DNA of 46,204 bases from a virus (Duplodnaviria; Caudoviricetes), in the IMG/VR virus record IMGVR_UViG_3300037692_000185, positions 1-46,204 of that record; one strand, 5' to 3'. Both the position numbers and the translations under genes were made by a program. Positions 8,165 to 15,214 of the stretch are shown piece after piece; the first letter of the stretch is position 1, and each line of letters opens with the position of its first letter. The notes below the pieces were generated by a model. It had not been told where the DNA came from, did not search any database, and worked only from the letters and a program-made list of their open reading frames with translations.

Positions 8165-8797
8165 ATGGCTCCCCCCCAGACGATCGAACTCGCGCCCTTG
8201 GACCTTCGCGCGGATGTCGGCGTCGTCACCGACGAGACGCGGTCCGTCGAGTTGATTTTCTCCACCGGCGCCGACGTCGTGCGCTACGACTGGATGACCG
8301 GCAAACGGTACTTCGAGCGGCTCTCGATGGACCCGAAGCACGTGCGGCTCGATCGTCTGAATAGCGGGGCCCCCCTGCTGAATGCCCACAGCGCGTACTC
8401 CTTGGCCGACCAGATCGGGATCGTCGAGCCGAAGACCGCGACGCTGGATGGGAAGACGGCGCGCGCGACGGTCCGTTTCTCGAAGCGGGCGGATGTCGAG
8501 CCGTTCTACCAGGACGTGCGCGACAAGATCATCCGGAACGTGTCGGTCGGCTATCGCGTGCACCGGTTCGAGGAAACACAGGGGAAGGCAAACGAGCTGC
8601 CGGTGCGGCTGGCCACCGACTGGGAACCCTATGAGATCAGCATGGTCCCGATGGGTGCCGACGCCGGCGCCCGGGTGCGCAGCTCCAAGGACGTGCCGAC
8701 CCACGCGTGTGTGCTCGTCGCGCGCGCCATCGACGTCGCCAGGCAGGATGCCGATCGCGGCCGGCGCTCCCGTCTGGCGCGTGCTCGCTGCTACTAA
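8165..8797 (+). CDS. HK97-family prohead protease
   Basis: APLLNAH, IIRNVSVGY, WEPYEISMVPMGADAGA. Confidence 0.92.
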   Translation: MAPPQTIELAPLDLRADVGVVTDETRSVELIFSTGADVVRYDWMTGKRYFERLSMDPKHVRLDRLNSGAPLLNAHSAYSLADQIGIVEPKTATLDGKTARATVRFSKRADVEPFYQDVRDKIIRNVSVGYRVHRFEETQGKANELPVRLATDWEPYEISMVPMGADAGARVRSSKDVPTHACVLVARAIDVARQDADRGRRSRLARARCY

Positions 8798-8813
8798 ACC
8801 GAGGAGAGACGTA

Positions 8814-10622
8814 ATGAACACGCTGACCGTCGTGCCGTTCCTGTTGGCGATGTTCGCCGCGGTGGCGGCGATGCCCACGAACATTTACCAGATCTGCGCC
8901 TGGAATACGGGGACCATCGAGATCGAGCCCTGGCGCCGGCGGACGTCCGGGGCGCTGCGCTCGGTTGCGCAGAGCCTCCGCGCCTGGTTCGCCGCGCTGT
9001 GGAGCCCGCGGCTTGCGTGCGCCTGTCTGGCGGTGCTGCTGGCCGTTCTGCTGGTGCAGCTGAGTGTCAGCGACGGCGTGCTGCTGGCGATCGCGCCGGC
9101 CGCCGTGCCGCTCGTCGAGAAGCGGACGCAGCTCCTGCGCGAGGCCGAGGCGTTGAAGCAGGCCGACGGGACATTCAAGGACGACGTGTCGCGGACGGCG
9201 TTCGACGCGAAGCTGGCCGAGGTCGAGGGGCTCGATACGCAGATCCGCACGATCGAGGCGACCCCGCCTCCGACTCCGACTCCTGCGGTGCCGAGCGCCG
9301 CGGCCGACGAACGGGCGCGCGTGCTTGGTATCCAGGCGGCCGTCCGCACCGCCAAGCTCGACGAGGTGTTCGCGACCGACCTGGTGACGCGCGGCGTGAC
9401 ACTCGAGACGGCGCGGTCGGAGATCTTCGCGAAGATGGCCGCCGCGTCGGATGCGACGCCCACCGACCCGCACATCCCGCACGTCGCGATGGGCGAAGAC
9501 GCCCGCGACAAGTGGCAGCGCGGCGCCTCAGCGTGGCTGATGGTCCGGTCCGGCCTGGCGGCGATGGTCGCCAAGCACGAAGGCGTGACGGCTGACAAGC
9601 TCGACCCGGGCGAGTTCCGCGGCCTGTCGCTGCTCGACCTGGCGCGGGAGTCGCTGACCCGGGCCGGACAGCAGGTCCGTGGCATGGACAAGATGAAGCT
9701 CGCCGGATTCGCGATGTCGTTCCGGTCGAACTATCAGACGACGAGCGACTTCTCGACCCTGCTCGAAAACACCATGCACAAGGTGCTGCGCGCGGCCTAC
9801 GCGATCCAGCTCGACACCTGGTCGCGCTGGTGCGGCATCAGCACGGTGAGCGACTTTCGCACCCATAACTGGTATCGCACGGGCGCGCTCTCGGTGCTCG
9901 AGGACCTGAACGAGCACGGGGAGTTCAAGAACAAGAACATCCCGGACGGCGAGAAGGCGACGCACGTCGTCACGACGAAGGGCAACATCATCGCGATCAC
10001 CCGCCAGGTGATTGTCAACGACGACCTCGGCGCCGTGATGCGCCTGACCGAGCAGCTCGGGCGCGCCGGCAAGCTGACGATCGAGAAGGCGGCGTATGCG
10101 CTGCTCGCGCAGAACAGCGGGCTGGGGCCCACGCAGAGCGACGCGCAGCCGCTCTTCCACGCGAACCGCGCGAACGTCGGATCGGGAGCGGCGATCACGA
10201 TGGCGGCGCTCGACGCCGACGCGACGGTCATGGCGATCCAGACCGACCCGAACGGGGAGGACATCCTTGACCTGCGCCCGGCGGTGCTGCTGGTGCCCCG
10301 TGGGCTCGAGGGCACGGCGCGCAGCATCAACCAGGCCGAGTATGACCCGGACACGACTGGCAAGCTGCAGAAGCCGAACATCGCCCGCGGCATGTTCTCC
10401 GACATCGTCGGCACGGGCCGCCTGACGGGCACCCGGCGCTATCTGTTCGCGGATCCCGCCGCGTCGCCGGTGTTCCTGGTGTCCTTCCTTGACGGCCAGC
10501 GCGAGCCGATCCTCGAGACGCAGGATGGCTGGCGGACGGACGGCGTCGAGATGAAGGCGCGCCTGGATGTCGGCGTCGACGTGGTGGATTACCGCGGCGC
10601 GGTCACCGACGCAGGCGCATAA
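8814..10622 (+). CDS. Major capsid protein (Mu gpT-like/HK97 fold) with N-terminal hydrophobic leader and scaffold region
   Basis: TTSDFSTLL...K.LRAAY, VSDFR, ITRQVIVNDDLG, LFHANRAN, LRPAVLLVP, RLDVGV..VDYRG. SD GAGGAG at 8801-8806 supports the ATG at 8814. Confidence 0.93.
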   Translation: MNTLTVVPFLLAMFAAVAAMPTNIYQICAWNTGTIEIEPWRRRTSGALRSVAQSLRAWFAALWSPRLACACLAVLLAVLLVQLSVSDGVLLAIAPAAVPLVEKRTQLLREAEALKQADGTFKDDVSRTAFDAKLAEVEGLDTQIRTIEATPPPTPTPAVPSAAADERARVLGIQAAVRTAKLDEVFATDLVTRGVTLETARSEIFAKMAAASDATPTDPHIPHVAMGEDARDKWQRGASAWLMVRSGLAAMVAKHEGVTADKLDPGEFRGLSLLDLARESLTRAGQQVRGMDKMKLAGFAMSFRSNYQTTSDFSTLLENTMHKVLRAAYAIQLDTWSRWCGISTVSDFRTHNWYRTGALSVLEDLNEHGEFKNKNIPDGEKATHVVTTKGNIIAITRQVIVNDDLGAVMRLTEQLGRAGKLTIEKAAYALLAQNSGLGPTQSDAQPLFHANRANVGSGAAITMAALDADATVMAIQTDPNGEDILDLRPAVLLVPRGLEGTARSINQAEYDPDTTGKLQKPNIARGMFSDIVGTGRLTGTRRYLFADPAASPVFLVSFLDGQREPILETQDGWRTDGVEMKARLDVGVDVVDYRGAVTDAGA

Positions 10623-10701
10623 ACGTCGTCGGGTTTCGTTTCTCTCGGTTACTTGGGTTACTTGGGCCACGGCGGGCCGGTATCGCCGCAAAGGAGTCGG
10701 A

Positions 10702-11379
10702 ATGGCCAGAAACTACGTGCAGCCCGGGAAGGTTCTCACGCTCACGGCACCGTATCAGCGCGATTCCGGGAAGGGTGCGCTGGTCGGCTCGCTGTTCGCC
10801 GTGGCGCTGCAGACTGTCGCGAACGCGGTGGCGGGGGAATTTGCGGTGTCCGGGGTGTGGACACTCGACAAGACGTCCGCGCAGGCGTGGACCGTTGGCC
10901 AGAAGATCTACTGGGACAACGGGAACAAGCGGTGCGACAGCGATTCGACGGTCGGCCAGTTGATCGGCGTCGCGACGGCGGTGGCCGACAATCCGTCCAG
11001 CACCGGCGAGGTGCGGCTGAACGGCGCGGCGCCGGCGACTGCCGAAGGCCCGCAGGGGGCTATCGTGGCTCTGACCGACAACACGGGTGACTCGGGCACG
11101 CACGACGACACCCTGGCGGACGGTCTGACGGCCACGGCGCCGGCGGCCATCACGGACTACACCGCGGTGGTCAATATGACCGACCCCGTCACGAAGGCGG
11201 AAGGCGAGGCGGTGTCGGCCGCCTTGGCCACGCTCGAGAACGAGGTCACGGCGCTCCGCGCGACCGTGGCGGCGGTCGTGACGGACGTGACGGTCCAGAA
11301 CCAGAACGACAGCGACTTGGCGCAGAAGATCCTTGAGATCCGCACGGCGCTGATCGCGGCGGGCATCCTGGCCGCGTAA
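10702..11379 (+). CDS. DUF2190-family capsid decoration/cement protein with C-terminal coiled-coil extension
   Basis: MARNYVQPG..LTLTAP, GVWTLDK, AWTVGQKIYWD, VRLNG, followed by about 115 extra residues. SD AAGGAG. Confidence 0.85.
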   Translation: MARNYVQPGKVLTLTAPYQRDSGKGALVGSLFAVALQTVANAVAGEFAVSGVWTLDKTSAQAWTVGQKIYWDNGNKRCDSDSTVGQLIGVATAVADNPSSTGEVRLNGAAPATAEGPQGAIVALTDNTGDSGTHDDTLADGLTATAPAAITDYTAVVNMTDPVTKAEGEAVSAALATLENEVTALRATVAAVVTDVTVQNQNDSDLAQKILEIRTALIAAGILAA

Positions 11380-11406
11380 TCGACGCGGTCTGTCACGAGG
11401 TGCCTC

Positions 11407-11745
11407 ATGGACATCACCGCCCTCCGTGGGTTCGTGCTCGACAAGAGCGCGGCCGTCTATGGGGCGGCGGCGATCATCACCCGACCGGGTGAAGAGGCCA
11501 TCACGGCGACGGGGCTCTGGCTGCCGCCCCTGGCGGAAGACCTGCCCGTCGGCCGTGAGTTCCAGCGGCGGGACCCTCGGCGCATCCTGGCCTTCCGCGT
11601 ATCGGAGGTGGCCGCGCTGCCGAGGGGCACCCTGATCGACATCGCGGAATACGGCGGCGAGTCCCGCACCTGGAAGGTCGAGGGACTCGCCGAGCACCAG
11701 AGCCCGGAACAGATCCGCGTCATCATCGTCCCTGTCCCAGCCTGA
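11407..11745 (+). CDS. Head-tail joining protein (gpFII-like)
   Basis: Size (112 aa), beta-rich pattern and position. Confidence 0.6.
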   Translation: MDITALRGFVLDKSAAVYGAAAIITRPGEEAITATGLWLPPLAEDLPVGREFQRRDPRRILAFRVSEVAALPRGTLIDIAEYGGESRTWKVEGLAEHQSPEQIRVIIVPVPA

Positions 11746-11750
11746 CGCTT

Positions 11751-12332
11751 ATGGCCACGAGCTACACGATCGAGTTCAACGCCGATGCCGCGCTGCAGAC
11801 GCTGCGGCAGTTCCCCGAGCGGACCACCCGGGCGGCGATGCGGTCGTTGAATCGGTCGCTGACGACCGGCCGCGCGACGCTGGCGCGGCTCATCGCGGCG
11901 GACATGGGGATCAAGGTGAGCGACGCCAAAGAGGCGATCAAGGTCCGCCAGGCAACCCCGTCGACGCTCGAGATTCGCCTGGCGGCCAGCCTGCAGCGGT
12001 TACCGTTGATCGACTTCAAGGCGCGTCAGACAGGGCGTGGCGTTTCGGCGAACACCGGCGGGGGCCGAAAGACGAACCCCCATGCGTTCATCGCAACGAT
12101 GACATCGGGTCACGTGGGCGTGTTCGCACGTACGCGGTATACACGCGGCGCGCCCGTCTGGGGCCTGCGCGACAACCCGAAGCGGGAACGGATCGATCAG
12201 CTCCACGGGGCGTCCATTGGGCGCGTGTTCGCGAAGCACCAGGCTGCGGCGATCGCGGCGATGGAAGAAGCGTTCGCGAAGAACCTCCCGCACGAGCTGC
12301 GCTTCGCGCAAACCGAGGCGCCTCGTGCCTGA
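11751..12332 (+). CDS. Minor tail protein Z-like tail completion protein
   Basis: Basic protein with RAAMRSLNR, LPLIDFKARQT, HAFIATMTSGHVGVF.R. Confidence 0.8.
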   Translation: MATSYTIEFNADAALQTLRQFPERTTRAAMRSLNRSLTTGRATLARLIAADMGIKVSDAKEAIKVRQATPSTLEIRLAASLQRLPLIDFKARQTGRGVSANTGGGRKTNPHAFIATMTSGHVGVFARTRYTRGAPVWGLRDNPKRERIDQLHGASIGRVFAKHQAAAIAAMEEAFAKNLPHELRFAQTEAPRA

Positions 12333-12801
12333 CGAACCGCTGGCGCTGCGCATCGTGCAGAACATTCAGGCCGCCGTGCGTGGGATCCGGGTGTCGCAGG
12401 GCTATCACCACACCGTCGGCGCGGTGGCCGTGAAGCTCGATCCGAACCACAACGTGGAGGCGCTGATCGGCGACGAGCAACTGCGGCCGTTCTTCATCAT
12501 CGAGATGCTACCGGAGACGTTCGAGTACGTCCCGGCGGGCGGGGTGTGGGTGACGATGTCGGGCATCGTGCACGGCGTCCACACCTCGGACGTGGAGAGC
12601 GACGACGACTGGATGACCACCTACTACCGCCTGTGTGCGGACATCGAGCGCGCCCTGACGCAGGACCTGACGCGCGGTGGGCTGGTCCCGGACACGCGCA
12701 TCGAGTCGACGGCGTTTCGGGCGCGTGGGGGGGCTGAGGTCTGGGCGCAGGTGCCGATCGTGATCCGGCTGCGCCGGCAGTTCGGATCGCCAAACGGGTA
12801 G
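12325..12801 (+). CDS. Putative tail terminator protein
   Basis: Position between the gpZ-like and tail tube genes; ADIERALTQDLTRGGL motif. GTG start inferred. Confidence 0.6.
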   Translation: MPDEPLALRIVQNIQAAVRGIRVSQGYHHTVGAVAVKLDPNHNVEALIGDEQLRPFFIIEMLPETFEYVPAGGVWVTMSGIVHGVHTSDVESDDDWMTTYYRLCADIERALTQDLTRGGLVPDTRIESTAFRARGGAEVWAQVPIVIRLRRQFGSPNG

Positions 12802-12817
12802 GGGGGGGAGAGGCAAT

Positions 12818-13060
12818 ATGGAACGCGTGCGCTGCATCGCGAACGGTTTGACGGTGGCGGGGATTCCGGCCGCCCGGACGTTCGTGCCGGGCGACGTCGT
12901 CGATCTCGATGTCGTGATTCACGGGCAGAGCACGACCTGGCGTGACGCCATCGGTCGCTATCGGGCCACTCATTTCGACGCGGTGTCCGAGCCGGCCTCG
13001 GTGCCACCGCGCGTGGCGCGCGTGACGGCGCCGGCGGGCGGCGCCGGTGAAGGAGACTGA
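12818..13060 (+). CDS. Hypothetical tail-region protein
   Basis: 80-aa ORF filling the gap, with a purine-rich SD. Confidence 0.6.
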   Translation: MERVRCIANGLTVAGIPAARTFVPGDVVDLDVVIHGQSTTWRDAIGRYRATHFDAVSEPASVPPRVARVTAPAGGAGEGD

Positions 13061-13062
13061 GC

Positions 13063-14220
13063 ATGCCGACCTATCAGATCCGGAGAAAGGGCCGCGTCTA
13101 CGTGGCCGAGGAAGCGACCTACGCGACGGCGCCCGGCCTGGCGGCGACCGACGCGGTGCGGCACCTGTCGGCGCAGCTGAACCACAGTCCACGCAACCGC
13201 GTCAACGCGCCGACCCGGCACGTGCATCCCTCGCAGGTCTATCGCCGCACGCGCCGGCAGACGGCCACGTGGTCGATGCGCGGCGAGCTGTTTCCGTCCG
13301 GCGCGCTCAACACGCTCCCCGATATGGACCCGATCCTCGAGCACGGGATGGGCGGGACGACGCGGAACGTGACGCTCGCCACGACGGTCTCGGCGTCGCC
13401 GTCGCCGACGACGACCGTGTTCACGGTGTCCTCGGTGACGGGCCTGGCGGTGAAGGACGCCATCCTAATCACCATCGCGGCCGGGGCCTTCGCCGGCAAG
13501 TACATCCGCTGGATCACCGAGATCAACACGCTGGCGCTGACGATCGAGCCTCCGCTGCCGGCGGCGCCGGCGAGCACGAACACCGTCAAGGGCTGCATCG
13601 CGTACAAGCTGGCGACGGACCTCGCGAAGTCGCTGAACATCGGGCACTACCTCGAGAGCCACTCCTATCAGGGGTACGGCGCCGTGGTCGATGCGCTCAA
13701 GTTCACCTTCGACGCGAACAACGAAGTGATGTGGGAAGCGTCGGGCCCGATGCAGTCGCGCGCGCGCAACGCCGCGACGGCCGACCCCACCACGTTCACC
13801 ACGTCTGGCACGACGCCGCCCTCGGGACTCACGGGCGGGATGCTCGTGAATACGACCGAGGAGGACTACATCCGCGCTGAGGTGATGCTGGCCAACGCGA
13901 TGGACCTCGACAACTTCGCCGGTGGCACGAGCCAGGCGCGCGGGTTCTTCCGCCGCGGCAAGCGCCGCGTCGAGGTCAACGTCGACTCGATGGTGAGCGA
14001 CGACGTCTCGGTCGCCGACCTGGCGGAAGCCAACACGCCCACGCCGGTGCTGCTGCAGGCCGGCGAGACCGAAGGGTCGATCTTTGCCGTGTATGCCCCG
14101 CTCACGGAGTTCGAGGTGCCCGACGACGAGGACGCCGACGAAACGACCGACTGGAAGTACCGCGGCGAGGGGCTGGCCACGATCGCGGGCAACGACGAGC
14201 TCTACGTGGCGTTCGCATAG
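13063..14220 (+). CDS. Tail tube (major tail) protein, probably with an inserted beta domain
   Basis: YVAEEATYAT start, Thr-rich insert, C-terminal GNDELYVAFA; sits before the chaperone and tape measure genes. Confidence 0.82.
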   Translation: MPTYQIRRKGRVYVAEEATYATAPGLAATDAVRHLSAQLNHSPRNRVNAPTRHVHPSQVYRRTRRQTATWSMRGELFPSGALNTLPDMDPILEHGMGGTTRNVTLATTVSASPSPTTTVFTVSSVTGLAVKDAILITIAAGAFAGKYIRWITEINTLALTIEPPLPAAPASTNTVKGCIAYKLATDLAKSLNIGHYLESHSYQGYGAVVDALKFTFDANNEVMWEASGPMQSRARNAATADPTTFTTSGTTPPSGLTGGMLVNTTEEDYIRAEVMLANAMDLDNFAGGTSQARGFFRRGKRRVEVNVDSMVSDDVSVADLAEANTPTPVLLQAGETEGSIFAVYAPLTEFEVPDDEDADETTDWKYRGEGLATIAGNDELYVAFA

Positions 14221-14235
14221 GCGCGCGCCTGGTTG

Positions 14236-14261
14236 GGGGAGTGCAGACGTCTGCACTCCCC
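14236..14261. repeat. Palindrome copy 2, extended to a perfect 26 bp (GGGGAGTGCAGACGTCTGCACTCCCC); may double as a terminator
   Basis: Core at 14241-14256, just after the tail tube stop, followed by GTGTTTT. Confidence 0.95.
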
Positions 14262-14401
14262 GTGTTTTCCTGCATCCTGGCTTGTGCACGTCGAGGCGGC
14301 CCGCCTTCCCTGCGGGACCCGCTGCCGACTCTCACCGCACCGGCACCGACCGCTCGACACCCTGTCACCCGCGCCCTCGAGGGGCGCATAAGGAGCCGTC
14401 C

Positions 14402-14959
14402 GTGCCGCCGAAGATTCGCACCGAGTCCACGTTCCCGACCACGCTGGAGATTGACGGCGTGGCGATCGATGTCCGTGTGAAACGGATGACCAATACCGAG
14501 TTCGACGCGTTCTCCGCAGGGTTGGACCGCTGGAGCCAACCGCGCGGGACGGACGAATCGCCGGAGGCGCACCAGGCGCGCGAGGCGGCCTCGGCGACGT
14601 GGATGCGCGAGGCCCTCGACGCCTACCTGACGATCGTGCCCGGTGAGTACGAGCACTGCGGCCGGGAGATCACCCAGGGCGGCGAGCTAGTGGACATCTA
14701 CGCGGGACGGCTGGACGTGGTGCCGCAGGCGATCGCGCTGGTGTTCACCGAGAACCGCCTCAGCGAAGCGAAAAAAAAAGCCTCGAGGTTGGCGCTCGCT
14801 TCACAACTTGGCTTGCCGAGCGCGCCCCCGCCGACGGCGCCTGGCGACGCACCGGCACCGATTGCGGCCGGTGTCGAGCCGAGCGGCTCTGCGCCGATCG
14901 CGGCTGTGGCGAACGCCCCGCACGACGGATCGTCTGGCACGACGGCCCCATCCGTTTGA
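14402..14959 (+). CDS. Tail assembly chaperone (gpG-like)
   Basis: SD AAGGAG and GTG at 14402; lies between the tail tube and tape measure genes; contains an A9 slippery run. Confidence 0.8.
   Translation: MPPKIRTESTFPTTLEIDGVAIDVRVKRMTNTEFDAFSAGLDRWSQPRGTDESPEAHQAREAASATWMREALDAYLTIVPGEYEHCGREITQGGELVDIYAGRLDVVPQAIALVFTENRLSEAKKKASRLALASQLGLPSAPPPTAPGDAPAPIAAGVEPSGSAPIAAVANAPHDGSSGTTAPSV
14770..14780 (+). other. -1 programmed ribosomal frameshift site giving a gpGT-like fusion (14402-15231)
   Basis: GAAAAAAAAAG. The -1 frame is open from 14779 to the stop at 15231 and joins ORF 14956-15231. Confidence 0.85.
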
Positions 14960-15214
14960 GGACGTGTCCAGTGCGCGCGCTGACGCCCGACGTGGAGAGC
15001 GCGCTGCGCTGGTTCGAGTGGACGCACGCGCTCGTAATTGTGCCGATGGTCGGGGCCCGGTACGAGCGCAACAGCTGGCCGGCGGCCGGCGGGGCCGGCG
15101 ACCAGGAGGCGTGGTTGACCCAGGCGCTGACGTGGCTGCGCCGCGTGTATAACGCGATGCTCCGCGAGGAGATCGCTCGCACGTCGACGAGACCAAAGGA
15201 GCCGATGAGACATC

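Noticed and set aside
8382-8813. 746-aa capsid ORF start, or a protease-capsid fusion by frameshift
   Set aside because: The upstream extension is an off-frame overlap of the protease gene. The protease has its own TAA, the capsid has a strong SD at 8801, and no slippery site is seen.
12801-12808. G8 run as a phase-variation switch
   Set aside because: Short, intergenic and part of the stop codon/SD region; length change would not alter a reading frame.
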